From Pelagibacterales bacterium SAG-MED39 (GTDB taxonomy: Bacteria > Pseudomonadota > Alphaproteobacteria > Pelagibacterales > Pelagibacteraceae): a stretch of 64,000 bases of DNA. Where the stretch lies: assembly GCA_014653625.1 (NCBI GenBank), contig JACWEI010000003.1, positions 30,243-94,242 of the forward strand, written 5' to 3'. Below, piece after piece: positions 1-8,710 of this stretch. Within the stretch, counting starts at the first letter, position 1. Each line of letters starts with the position of its first letter. The notes below the pieces were generated by a model that searched no databases, had not been told where the DNA came from, and saw only the letters and a list, made by a program, of their open reading frames with translations. Made by a program: the position numbers and the translations under genes.

Positions 1-1029
1 TGTCCCCGGAACATCAACGCCTCTAAACCTTGAAATAAGTTTGGCGTACGATCCTCCCGAACAGATACTACCTAATTCAATTTCCTTACCTTTGTTATTG
101 GTCACTTTAAAATTTAAATTTGTTTCGACTATAAATGAATCATAGTACGAAAGCCCTCTCACAATCGTAAAGTTTGTTTTAATTTGATTTAAATTAATAC
201 CATACCCAAGTACTTGAAATACATCCTCTAATTCTTTGATTCCTTCTTGAGATAATGGATTTTTTATAGTTTCTTTTAATTTTTTTAAATCTTTTATTTT
301 TAAAAAGTTTAATATTTGTGCTGTCTGTTCATTGCTTAAATCAGCTCCTTTAGTAATAGCTCCACTTTGATCTTTTCTCTCTTTTTTAAGTAAGTCTTCA
401 ACCCCCCTTAATCCAAAACCAGGCTTATCGAGTTTATCAATTGCTCTAATAACTTTTGTTTGTTTTTCCTCAGAAATTTTTAAATCATCAATTAAACCCT
501 GAACTATTTTTCTATTACTCACATTAATTATAAATTGATCTTTTTTTAATCCACAATCTTTTAGTGTGCTTGATATTAAATTACAAAGCTCTGCATTCGC
601 TTGTGCAGGATTAACATTTCCAACAATATCAAAATCTGCTTGCATAAATTCTCTGTATCGACCATTTCCAGCTTTTTCATTTCTGAATACATTTTGTATT
701 TGATATCGCTTGAAGATTGATGGAAGATCCTGGTTGTTTTGAGCATAAAATCTTGCAAGAGGACTCGAAAGGTCATAACGAAGAGTGATGTTTTTATCTC
801 CATCTTCAAATGAGAATACATCAGACATAGGATTAGCTTCGTCTTCTGCGAGAAAAGATCCTATATTTTCACTAATTTCGAACGAGGGAGTTTCAAGAGC
901 TTCTGCTCCAAACTTAATAAAGTTTTTCTCAATAGCTTTTAATAGCTTTTTCTTAAGAAAAAATTTTTTTCCCCATCGATCTTCAAATCCTGGAGGTAAA
1001 CCAGGAACTAATTTATTTTCTTTATTCAT
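1..1029 (-). CDS. hisS: Histidine--tRNA ligase (3' end runs off the window start)
   Basis: Not in the ORF track. Read manually from ATG 1029: MNKENKLVPGLPPGFEDRWG..ALETPSFE..TLRYDLSSPLARF..FRNEKAGNGRYREFMQADFD..TIVRGLSYY..GSICSGG. These are class II HisRS motifs, and tRNA-His is adjacent. Confidence 0.93.
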   Translation of the reverse strand, partial: MNKENKLVPGLPPGFEDRWGKKFFLKKKLLKAIEKNFIKFGAEALETPSFEISENIGSFLAEDEANPMSDVFSFEDGDKNITLRYDLSSPLARFYAQNNQDLPSIFKRYQIQNVFRNEKAGNGRYREFMQADFDIVGNVNPAQANAELCNLISSTLKDCGLKKDQFIINVSNRKIVQGLIDDLKISEEKQTKVIRAIDKLDKPGFGLRGVEDLLKKERKDQSGAITKGADLSNEQTAQILNFLKIKDLKKLKETIKNPLSQEGIKELEDVFQVLGYGINLNQIKTNFTIVRGLSYYDSFIVETNLNFKVTNNKGKEIELGSICSGGSYAKLISRFRGVDVPGT

Positions 1030-1034
1030 TTTTT

Positions 1035-1109
1035 TGGTACCCGGGCTGAGAATCGAACTCAAACTTAAAGTTCCACAAACTTTCGTGCTAACCGTTACAC
1101 CACCCAGGC
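1035..1109 (-). tRNA. tRNA-His(GTG), A73 discriminator, no encoded G-1
   Basis: Reverse complement GCCTGGGTGGTGTAACGGTTAGCACGAAAGTTTGTGGAACTTTAAGTTTGAGTTCGATTCTCAGCCCGGGTACCA folds as a cloverleaf with anticodon GTG and encoded CCA. Confidence 0.95.
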
Positions 1110-1154
1110 ATTCTTTGTTTTTATATTATTTTGTAAGGATTTAAAATTATATTA

Positions 1155-1177
1155 TAAATAAATAGCCTACAGGCTAT
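1155..1177 (-). terminator. Short hairpin plus U-rich tract upstream of tRNA-His (candidate attenuator terminator)
   Basis: Minus strand ATAGCC-TGTA-GGCTAT followed by TTATTTA. The perfect inverted repeat is 1162-1168/1171-1177. Confidence 0.45.
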
Positions 1178-1235
1178 GGAAATGAATTCTGTGAGTACTT
1201 TTTAAAGCTCTATTAAATGTAATATTTTTAATCAT
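1167..1235 (-). CDS. Putative His-rich leader peptide MIKNITFNRALKSTHRIHFHSL (22 aa)
   Basis: ATG 1235 to TAG 1169-1167. Three His codons (CAC, CAT, CAT) fall in the last 8 sense codons, directly upstream of tRNA-His and hisS. Confidence 0.5.
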   Translation of the reverse strand: MIKNITFNRALKSTHRIHFHSL

Positions 1236-1242
1236 GAGCAAT

Positions 1243-1270
1243 CTTTTAAAGAAAAATTAGGAATATTCAA
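1243..1270 (-). promoter_or_regulatory. Candidate sigma70-type promoter for the His leader
   Basis: TTGAAT-N16-TAAAAG, then 7 nt to the leader ATG, which would give a leaderless transcript. AT-rich context makes chance matches likely. Confidence 0.3.
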
Positions 1271-1275
1271 CCCAT

Positions 1276-1318
1276 AAAAGAAAAGGACGTTCATCTATTT
1301 GCCAGAAAAACGTCCCTT
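1276..1318 (-). terminator. Intrinsic terminator downstream of csp
   Basis: Minus strand AAGGGACGTT...AACGTCCTTT stem followed by TCTTTT, just after the csp stop. Confidence 0.7.
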
Positions 1319-1331
1319 AAAAATTTTAAAA

Positions 1332-1544
1332 CTAATCTATTTTTTTTAAATTTACTGCTGAGGGGCCTTTTGGGCTATCTTCAAGAGTAAACTCTAATTT
1401 ATCACCTTCATTTAAGTATCTCATGCCGGCAGCTTTCACAGCACTGGCATGAACAAATGCGTCTTTTTCTTTATCTTCTCTTTCAATAAAGCCAAAGCCT
1501 TTTTTTCCATTAAACCACTTAACAGTTCCTTTTAGTATACTCAT
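1332..1544 (-). CDS. Cold-shock protein (CSD family)
   Basis: GTVKWFNGKKGFGFI (RNP1) and AFVHASA (RNP2); 70 aa. Confidence 0.95.
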   Translation of the reverse strand: MSILKGTVKWFNGKKGFGFIEREDKEKDAFVHASAVKAAGMRYLNEGDKLEFTLEDSPKGPSAVNLKKID

Positions 1545-1620
1545 CTTATTTCTTAATCCTTTGGGTTATTTATTAATAAAAGAGGTTAATTTTTTTTAGA
1601 TTAATTTCAAGATGTTTTAG

Positions 1621-1695
1621 TGGTGCCTCGGGAAGGATTCGCACCTCCGACACAAGCCTTTTCAGGGCTCTGCTCTACTCCTGAGCTACCGAGGC
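1621..1695 (-). tRNA. tRNA-Phe(GAA)
   Basis: Reverse complement GCCTCGGTAGCTCAGGAGTAGAGCAGAGCCCTGAAAAGGCTTGTGTCGGAGGTGCGAATCCTTCCCGAGGCACCA; anticodon GAA; atypical T-loop TGCGAAT. Confidence 0.92.
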
Positions 1696-1701
1696 AAAAG
1701 T

Positions 1702-1917
1702 TTAACCTCTAAAGATTATTCTGCCTTTAGTTAAGTCATAAGGTGTCATTTCAACCGTAACATTATCACCTTGAAGTACTCTAATTCTATTCTTTCTCAA
1801 CTTACCAGCTGTATGAGCTGTAACAACGTGTCCATTTTCTAATTTAACTCTAAACATAGCATTCGGTAATAAGTCTGTAACTTTTCCTTTGAACTCAAGT
1901 AAGTCTTGTTTTGACAA
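1702..1917 (-). CDS. infA: Translation initiation factor IF-1
   Basis: [43 protein letters not shown]. Confidence 0.97.
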   Translation of the reverse strand: MSKQDLLEFKGKVTDLLPNAMFRVKLENGHVVTAHTAGKLRKNRIRVLQGDNVTVEMTPYDLTKGRIIFRG

Positions 1918-1919
1918 AT

Positions 1920-3203
1920 CTATTTTCTCCTAATTCTTTTTTTTACAGATTGAGCATGCCCTGCTAACCCTTCATAATTTGCAAGAGTTATAACTGATGG
2001 CCCAAGACTTTCAATACCCTTTTTTGATAGGTTTATGTATGAAATTCTTTTATAAAATTCATTAACGCTAATCCCACTAGAATATTTTGCTGAACCATTA
2101 GTAGGTAATATATGATTAGTTCCTATATTATAATCTGTCATTGCCATCAAAGCATATTTTCCTAGACAAATAGATCCAGAGTTTTTAATTTTTGAAACAA
2201 AGGATTTATAATTTTTGACATTTAGCTCTAAATGCTCTGGGGCAATTTTATTAACAACATCAGCTATTTTTTTATCAGAATTTATATATATTAAAATACC
2301 ATTATTGATAAGACTTTTTCGAGCAACTGATGATCTAGGAATATCTTTCAACTGATCAATAATTTCTACTTTAACTCTTTCGATCAATCTTTTATCTTTT
2401 GAAATAAGTATGCATTGAGCAAGAACGTCGTGTTCAGCTTGTGCAATTAGATCACTAGCCACCCATTTAGGGTTTGATGATTTGTCACAAACTATAGTAA
2501 CTTCTGAAGGTCCAGCGGTCATTCCTTCAATTCCTACCTCTCCAAAGACTTCTTTTTTAGCTGCTGCTACAAAAACATTACCAGGACCAACAATTTTATT
2601 AACCTTAAGAATTTTTTTTGTGCCATACGCAGCTGCAGCAATGGCAGAAGGACCACCAATTGAGTAAATTTCTTTAATTTTACATTTACGTGCAGCGTAT
2701 AAAACTGCTGGGTTTTGTTTACCTTTATAACTTGGATTTATCATTACTATTCTTTTAACACCCGCCACCATTGCTGGAATAGCATTCATTAACACACTTG
2801 ATGGATATGAGGCTGTAGAACCAGGAACATAGATTGCGACTGATTCAATTGGGAAATATTTATAATCAATTTTATTCTTAAATTTATCAATATATGAAAT
2901 ATCTTTAAATTTTTGAAGAGAATGAAATTTGTAAATTCTTTTATAAGCCACGTCGATTGCTTTTTTAACATCTTTATTGAGAGATTTAATTAATTTAGAA
3001 ATTTTTGTTGGATTTGGAATTATAGTATTGTTCTTATTAAATTTTTTTTCATATTTCAATAAAGCCTTATCTCCATTTCTTTTTATATCATTAATAATAC
3101 TTGAAACTGATACAGAATTAGACTGTATCTTATTCTTTCTGAATGATAGCAATTTATTTAAATCTTTATCAAAATTTTTACTTTTAATATTCAGTGTTTT
3201 CAT
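1920..3203 (-). CDS. hisD: Histidinol dehydrogenase
   Basis: [44 protein letters not shown] motifs. Confidence 0.95.
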   Translation of the reverse strand: MKTLNIKSKNFDKDLNKLLSFRKNKIQSNSVSVSSIINDIKRNGDKALLKYEKKFNKNNTIIPNPTKISKLIKSLNKDVKKAIDVAYKRIYKFHSLQKFKDISYIDKFKNKIDYKYFPIESVAIYVPGSTASYPSSVLMNAIPAMVAGVKRIVMINPSYKGKQNPAVLYAARKCKIKEIYSIGGPSAIAAAAYGTKKILKVNKIVGPGNVFVAAAKKEVFGEVGIEGMTAGPSEVTIVCDKSSNPKWVASDLIAQAEHDVLAQCILISKDKRLIERVKVEIIDQLKDIPRSSVARKSLINNGILIYINSDKKIADVVNKIAPEHLELNVKNYKSFVSKIKNSGSICLGKYALMAMTDYNIGTNHILPTNGSAKYSSGISVNEFYKRISYINLSKKGIESLGPSVITLANYEGLAGHAQSVKKRIRRK

Positions 3204-3598
3204 AAATCTTTAGTATCATTTTGATCTTCTAGTCTTACTTCAATCGTTTCTGTAGTCAAAGTAATGTGGGCGTTTTTATTAAAAATTAGGTTAATTTCGT
3301 AGTCCTCTTTATTTTTCATATAATCTATAGCTAGTAATTCTAAAAATAAATCATCATTTTTTTGATCAATATTTTTAGATCTTACTCTATCTACAAAATC
3401 AAATCTGCAAATACTATTAACCTTTTTTTTTTGATCTACTTCTATTTTACTCCGCTCTATTGACAATAAAAAAACTTTATTTGATACCAAGTACTTTATT
3501 TCTGAAACTTTTACTTTTGATCCAGCACTACAAGCGGAGATCATTTGTAAACCTTCATTATCTGTAGCGATAATTTGAGCTAAATATTTTTTTTTCAT
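3200..3598 (-). CDS. DUF2948-family protein
   Basis: A.D.EGL.MISAC pattern and C-terminal IEVRLED. Its position between murA and hisD is typical of alphaproteobacteria. Confidence 0.75.
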   Translation of the reverse strand: MKKKYLAQIIATDNEGLQMISACSAGSKVKVSEIKYLVSNKVFLLSIERSKIEVDQKKKVNSICRFDFVDRVRSKNIDQKNDDLFLELLAIDYMKNKEDYEINLIFNKNAHITLTTETIEVRLEDQNDTKDL

Positions 3599-4851
3599 TA
3601 ATTTACCCGTCTAATATTTGCACCAACTTTTTTTAATTTCTTTTCAATATTTTCATATCCTCTATCTAGATGATAGATCCTATTTATTACCGACTTTCCA
3701 TTAGCAGATAATGCAGCAAGAATTAATGAAACTGAGGCTCTTAAGTCTGTTGCCATTAATTCGGCAGAAGCAAAATTTATATTTCCCTCAACCATTGCTT
3801 TATTGCCTTTGGTTGAAATCTGAGCACCCATTCTATTTAATTCAGCCACATGCATAAACCTATTTTCAAAAATATTCTCTTTGATTGAAGATTTTTTATT
3901 AGCCTTACATAATAATACCATAATCTGAGCCTGTAAATCAGTAGGAAATCCAGGATAAGGAGCAGTTTTTATATTTATACTTTTGATTTTTTTATTCCCA
4001 ATAATATGTACTTCATTCTTTTTAATAAAAATTTTTACACCAATTTTTTTTAAAATGTTAATTTCTGTTTTAATAATATTTGAATCTATATTCTTTATTT
4101 TTAGATTTCCTTGAGTAATAGCTCCTGCAATTAAATATGTTCCTGCCTCTATTCTATCAAACATGACTTTGTAACTTATTTCTTTTATTTTATTTACTCC
4201 AATAATCTTAAGTGACCGTTTTGCAATCCATTTAATTTTACATCCAATTTTTTTTAAAAAATTCACTAAATCTTTTATTTCAGGTTCAATGGCACAATTA
4301 GTTAAAATAGTTGTTCCTTGTGCTAGACTAGCTGCAATTATCAAGTTTTCAGTCGCACCAACCGATATTTTTGCAAAACGAATTTTCGAGCCTATCAATC
4401 CTTTTGGGGCGTTTGCATAAACATAACCTTGATTAATTTTATATTTTACCCCAAGTTTAGATAAAGCTTTTAAATGAATATTAATTGGTCTTGTTCCTAT
4501 TGCACATCCACCTGGAAGTGAAACTTTAGCATTGCCAAATTTTGCAAGCAGCGGGCCAAGGACTAATATTCCCGCCCTCATAGTTTTAACCAGTTTATAT
4601 GAAGCAAAAAATTTTTCCTGTTTTGAATTATCAATAACTAAATCTTTTTTATTATGACTAATTATAGACCCTAATGATTGTAATAAATTAATCATAGTTT
4701 CAATATCTTTTACTTTTGGTAAATTTTTTAAATAAACTTTTTTAGTAGATAATAAAGTTGCAGCTAAAATAGGAAGAGATGCATTTTTTGAGCCAGATAT
4801 TTTTATTTGTCCTTTGAGCTTATTTGCTCCAAAGACTTCTAATTTTTGCAT
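3598..4851 (-). CDS. murA: UDP-N-acetylglucosamine 1-carboxyvinyltransferase
   Basis: SGSKNASLP, LPGGCAIGTRP (catalytic Cys), PGFPTDLQ, HLDRGYE. Confidence 0.97.
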   Translation of the reverse strand: MQKLEVFGANKLKGQIKISGSKNASLPILAATLLSTKKVYLKNLPKVKDIETMINLLQSLGSIISHNKKDLVIDNSKQEKFFASYKLVKTMRAGILVLGPLLAKFGNAKVSLPGGCAIGTRPINIHLKALSKLGVKYKINQGYVYANAPKGLIGSKIRFAKISVGATENLIIAASLAQGTTILTNCAIEPEIKDLVNFLKKIGCKIKWIAKRSLKIIGVNKIKEISYKVMFDRIEAGTYLIAGAITQGNLKIKNIDSNIIKTEINILKKIGVKIFIKKNEVHIIGNKKIKSINIKTAPYPGFPTDLQAQIMVLLCKANKKSSIKENIFENRFMHVAELNRMGAQISTKGNKAMVEGNINFASAELMATDLRASVSLILAALSANGKSVINRIYHLDRGYENIEKKLKKVGANIRRVN

Positions 4852-4853
4852 AC

Positions 4854-5408
4854 TTATACTTTTGGTAATGTTACGCCAGTTTGTCCCATATATTTGCCGT
4901 TTCGGTCGGCGTAAGTTACCTCTGGTTTTTCGTTCCCTTTAAGAAAAATAAACTGGGCAACTCCCTCGTTTGCATAAATTTTTGCGGGTAAGGGTGTAGT
5001 ATTAGAAAATTCTAAAGTAACGTGGCCCTCCCAACCTGGTTCTAAAGGTGTAACGTTTACTATTATTCCACATCTAGCATAAGTAGATTTTCCTAGACAA
5101 ATTACCAAAACATCATCAGGAATTTTAAATTTCTCTACAGTTCTCGCTAACACAAATGAATTTGGAGGAATAATACATTCAGAAACATTTTTTGTTACAA
5201 AGTTTGTTGGTTTGAAATTTTTAGGATCTACGATTTCAGAATTTACATTCGTAAAAATCTTAAACTCGTCAGAAACTCTTGCATCATAGCCAAATGAAGA
5301 AAGTCCATATGAAATACTATCTCCTCTTACTTGTTTTTCCTCAAATGGGTAGATCATTTTTTCTTTTTTAGACATTCTTCTTATCCATTTATCTGAAAGA
5401 ACTGACAT
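4854..5408 (-). CDS. dcd: dCTP deaminase
   Basis: [34 protein letters not shown]. Confidence 0.95.
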   Translation of the reverse strand: MSVLSDKWIRRMSKKEKMIYPFEEKQVRGDSISYGLSSFGYDARVSDEFKIFTNVNSEIVDPKNFKPTNFVTKNVSECIIPPNSFVLARTVEKFKIPDDVLVICLGKSTYARCGIIVNVTPLEPGWEGHVTLEFSNTTPLPAKIYANEGVAQFIFLKGNEKPEVTYADRNGKYMGQTGVTLPKV

Positions 5409-5509
5409 TATTTATTTTTTTTTTTAATTTTTTTTTGAAATAGTTTTCTTTTTTTTAAATTTTTTTTAAGAGCTAATTTTAACCGCTCATTTTTATTTTT
5501 TGAAATCAT
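5408..5509 (-). CDS. Small basic protein [33 protein letters not shown] (33 aa)
   Basis: Not in the ORF track. Fills the gap exactly, with an ATGA overlap with the upstream ORF and a TAATG overlap with dcd. Confidence 0.65.
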   Translation of the reverse strand: MISKNKNERLKLALKKNLKKRKLFQKKIKKKNK

Positions 5510-5706
5510 TCTTTATTAGGATTTGTAAGGAAGTCTAATGTAATTGGTTTTGATGCATCTAAAGCTTTTTCTTTTGCCTCTTCTTTTTTTGTGCCTTCTT
5601 TAGCTAATTTTTTTGCTTTTTTTTCTGCAAGTTTTTTTTCTCTTTTAGCCTGCTTCTCCATTAGCTTAGCACTTTTAGTAGATTTATAATCGTAATGAAT
5701 GCCCAT
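5506..5706 (-). CDS. Lys/Glu/Ala-rich hypothetical protein (66 aa)
   Basis: First ORF of the dcd-murA-hisD operon, with AGGA upstream; 18 Lys in 66 aa. Confidence 0.75.
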   Translation of the reverse strand: MGIHYDYKSTKSAKLMEKQAKREKKLAEKKAKKLAKEGTKKEEAKEKALDASKPITLDFLTNPNKE

Positions 5707-5760
5707 ATAATTTCCTGAAATAGATATAGATCATATTAGCTTAAAAATTAAGGCAATAAT

Positions 5761-5790
5761 TTGAAAAAAATGCTTTATTATCAATAAAAT
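5761..5790 (+). promoter_or_regulatory. Candidate promoter for tRNA-Thr
   Basis: TTGAAA-N18-TAAAAT, ending 14 nt before the tRNA. Confidence 0.35.
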
Positions 5791-5804
5791 ATATTTGGTA
5801 AATT

Positions 5805-5878
5805 GCCCCTATAGTTAAATGGCATAACGTATCCATGGTAAGGATAAGTTTCAAGTTCGATTCTTGGTGGGGGCACCA
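5805..5878 (+). tRNA. tRNA-Thr(GGT)
   Basis: GCCCCTATAGTTAAATGGCATAACGTATCCATGGTAAGGATAAGTTTCAAGTTCGATTCTTGGTGGGGGCACCA forms a cloverleaf with anticodon GGT. Confidence 0.94.
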
Positions 5879-5892
5879 TTCAATTAATAGTA

Positions 5893-7161
5893 TTATTCTA
5901 TAAATTCTTTGTGAAATTTTATAATAGGATTATCCTGAAAAATTCTTATCCCTTTATAATTGAAAATAATTTTTGATGAATTATATATTATTTTATATAA
6001 TGAGTTAGTAGCTATATCACCAGTAAGAAGAGTTTTTGGATTCCAAAAAAATGCAAAAATAAAAAATACAAAAAATAAAATTTTTTTCTTTTTTAAAATC
6101 CAATTAATACATAAATATTCATTAAAATTATTCGTAATCAATGAATTTTTAAGTAAATAAAAATATAATAAGATAGACAAAGAATATGTGATATGTATCC
6201 ATCTGCCCCAGTCATGACCAAAAGCAAATAATAATAAAATAGGAAAATACAGAAAAAGATATAATTGAATAGGATTAAAATTCTTTGTTACAAAATTATC
6301 CTTTTTATTAAAATTATTTTTTAATATTGACATATGAAGAGGTGCAAAGCCTATAAGAAATATCATCAAATATCTAAAATAGTGTGGAAAAAAATTTGCT
6401 CTCTCATGAATAAAAAGAGTATCTAAATAAATAGTATTCTTTATTAATAATTCCGCAGACATATAACATCTCTCATCAAATTCATTTTTTAGAAAATTAC
6501 ACATTGTAAGATGTCCTTCATTACTTAATGGTAAGGCAAAAACAACAATCATCACAAAAATAGATGGTAAAAAAATAATTAATAAATTTATAAAAGTATC
6601 TTTAAAGCTAATTAATCTATTCTTTTGTATAAGAATAACAGCAAAATAGGGGGCGAAAAGAATTATTTCTTCCCAAATCAAACACAAAACTGGAAAAAAA
6701 ATAAAAATAATTGAATTAATTATTTTTTTATTAAAACGTTCATCAGCAAAAAATAAGATGCAAACAAAAAAAAGGAAAATAATCATTTCTTTTCTTCCTA
6801 ATGCCTCTAACTCAGCTATTGGATATAAAATAAATATTGGAGCAAATAATGCAAAAAACTGATAAATATTTAATTGAAGATTTTTTAAATAAACAAATAG
6901 TATTCCTAAGTAGAGGGTATGTATCGTTGCTTGAAATAAAAATATTGCATCTCTAAGAGAAATAGAGAGTATATTTGCCAATAAAATATTAATTTCTCCA
7001 CCAAGACCTCTTCTGGTAAATCCACCCTGATAATTTATTAACCATTCTGAAATAGATGTGTCATTTCCTACTTCATGCTTATAATAGAGATAAAAAACTG
7101 CATAAAAAATATTAAAGACAACAAAAATTAAAAACTTATTTTTAATATTAATATTTTTCAT
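5893..7161 (-). CDS. Polytopic membrane protein of unknown function (possibly GT-C fold)
   Basis: About 10 hydrophobic segments; loop motifs SEWLINYQGGFTRRGL, RKE, WEE, DWGRW. Confidence 0.75.
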   Translation of the reverse strand: MKNINIKNKFLIFVVFNIFYAVFYLYYKHEVGNDTSISEWLINYQGGFTRRGLGGEINILLANILSISLRDAIFLFQATIHTLYLGILFVYLKNLQLNIYQFFALFAPIFILYPIAELEALGRKEMIIFLFFVCILFFADERFNKKIINSIIFIFFPVLCLIWEEIILFAPYFAVILIQKNRLISFKDTFINLLIIFLPSIFVMIVVFALPLSNEGHLTMCNFLKNEFDERCYMSAELLIKNTIYLDTLFIHERANFFPHYFRYLMIFLIGFAPLHMSILKNNFNKKDNFVTKNFNPIQLYLFLYFPILLLFAFGHDWGRWIHITYSLSILLYFYLLKNSLITNNFNEYLCINWILKKKKILFFVFFIFAFFWNPKTLLTGDIATNSLYKIIYNSSKIIFNYKGIRIFQDNPIIKFHKEFIE

Positions 7162-7880
7162 CTATTTTTATAAAAAGTTTTCCTTAAAAAAATCGTAATT
7201 ATAATTAAACAAACAAATAATATCAAAGGTAAATATATTTCTTTTGTATAAATTATATCTAAAAATTTTGGTGGTTCTATATTTTGATCAATAATATTTT
7301 CAAGTCCATCCCCAATTGAACAAACTAAAAATAATGAAGGTATAATTCCTATTATAGTTGAAGAAAAGAAGTTAAAAATTTTTACATTGAATATACAAGG
7401 TAAAACATTCGAAATTGCAAAAGGAATCCCCCCAATAAATCTATATATTAACAAATAAACGAATTCTGATCTCTTAAATTTAATCTCTAAATTCTGATAT
7501 TTCTTTAAAAATTTATCTTTGATCAAATCTTTTAAAAAATAATTTGCAAAAATATAGAGTAAGGTAGCTCCAATTGATAAACCTATAGCAACAATTACTG
7601 TGCCTATCCACTTTCCAAAAATAAACCCAGCTAGAATTGCAACCGGAGATCCAAATCCAGCTGCTAAAACCCAAACTATTGTAAATATAATAAATATTAG
7701 GGCCAAAAATAATAAATTTTTTTCTCTCAATTCAAAAAAGTAATCTCTATTATTTTTAATGAAATCATAGCTGGTAATTTCTTGAAAACTAAATTTAGAT
7801 AAAAAATAATATAAAAATACTCCTACCAGTAGTAAATAAAACAAACCTATAAATAATTTAAATTTTTCAGCTTTTCTCAT
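7158..7880 (-). CDS. TVP38/TMEM64 (DedA/VTT) family membrane protein
   Basis: AGFIFG..GT...GLSIGA and LLIYRFIGGIPFAISN..F..ST..GIIP patterns. Confidence 0.85.
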   Translation of the reverse strand: MRKAEKFKLFIGLFYLLLVGVFLYYFLSKFSFQEITSYDFIKNNRDYFFELREKNLLFLALIFIIFTIVWVLAAGFGSPVAILAGFIFGKWIGTVIVAIGLSIGATLLYIFANYFLKDLIKDKFLKKYQNLEIKFKRSEFVYLLIYRFIGGIPFAISNVLPCIFNVKIFNFFSSTIIGIIPSLFLVCSIGDGLENIIDQNIEPPKFLDIIYTKEIYLPLILFVCLIIITIFLRKTFYKNR

Positions 7881-7911
7881 ACATTGTTAACGTAATAATA
7901 AAATCTTCTAT

Positions 7912-7940
7912 TTGCTATTTATATATTTAATTACTATAAA
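7912..7940 (+). promoter_or_regulatory. Candidate sigma70 promoter of the rpmH operon
   Basis: TTGCTA-N17-TATAAA, ending 32 nt before the rpmH ATG. Confidence 0.45.
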
Positions 7941-7972
7941 GAGCCAAATTTAATTAAATTTAACCTAAGCTT

Positions 7973-8113
7973 ATGAAGAGAACATATCAGCCATCTAAAA
8001 TCAAAAGAGCTAGAAAACACGGCTTTAGATCCAAAATGCAGTCAAAGGGTGGAAAAAAACTTTTGGCTCGAAGACGAGCAAGAGGAAGAAAGTCATTAAC
8101 AGTGTCTGGTTAA
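7973..8113 (+). CDS. rpmH: 50S ribosomal protein L34
   Basis: Not in the ORF track. [46 protein letters not shown], upstream of rnpA. Confidence 0.97.
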   Translation: MKRTYQPSKIKRARKHGFRSKMQSKGGKKLLARRRARGRKSLTVSG

Positions 8114-8117
8114 ATTA

Positions 8118-8459
8118 ATGAAAAGCAAAATACTTGCTCTTTCCCAAAATGAAGAATTTAAAGATCTGCTTAAAGGAAAAAAAATATCCAATAAATATGT
8201 AACAATTTTCTTTGGTATTTTAAGAAATAAAGATAAAAAAAAAATTAATATAAGCTTTGTAACTAAAAAAAAAATTGGAAATGCAGTCAAGAGAAACAAA
8301 ATAAAAAGACGTTTAAGAAATATAGTCAATGATGCTGTTAAAAATATATCGATAAAATTTAACTATTCATATCTTGTTATTGCCAAGCCAACTATGTTAA
8401 ATAATGAATATGCAAATATAAAAGAAATCTTATTTCAAAGTTTTAAAGAAATTAAATAA
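8118..8459 (+). CDS. rnpA: Ribonuclease P protein component
   Basis: [17 protein letters not shown] (RNR motif); synteny. Confidence 0.95.
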   Translation: MKSKILALSQNEEFKDLLKGKKISNKYVTIFFGILRNKDKKKINISFVTKKKIGNAVKRNKIKRRLRNIVNDAVKNISIKFNYSYLVIAKPTMLNNEYANIKEILFQSFKEIK

Positions 8460-8710
8460 TGAGAATTTTTACAAATATATTAATTAAATTTATAAAAGGA
8501 TATAAATTGTTAATTAGCCCCTTACTTGGAAACTCTTGCAGATATTTGCCTACATGCTCTGAATATAGTATAGAAGCGCTAAAAACTTATGGTTTTCTTA
8601 AAGGTTCTTATATGAGTTTAAAAAGAATTATTTCTTGTCACCCAATTAAGTTTTTGGGAGGTGGTGAAGGCTTTGATCCCGTTGATAAAAATATGAAAGT
8701 TAAAAAGTAA
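8459..8710 (+). CDS. yidD: Membrane protein insertion efficiency factor
   Basis: [30 protein letters not shown]. Confidence 0.95.
   Translation: MRIFTNILIKFIKGYKLLISPLLGNSCRYLPTCSEYSIEALKTYGFLKGSYMSLKRIISCHPIKFLGGGEGFDPVDKNMKVKK

Noticed and set aside
576-1144. Track ORFs 576-821 (-) and 785-1144 (+)
   Set aside because: Off-frame or antisense shadows of hisS and tRNA-His.
7881-7972. Possible oriC next to rpmH-rnpA-yidC
   Set aside because: No dnaA nearby, no TTATCCACA boxes in the gap, and the gap is only 92 bp.
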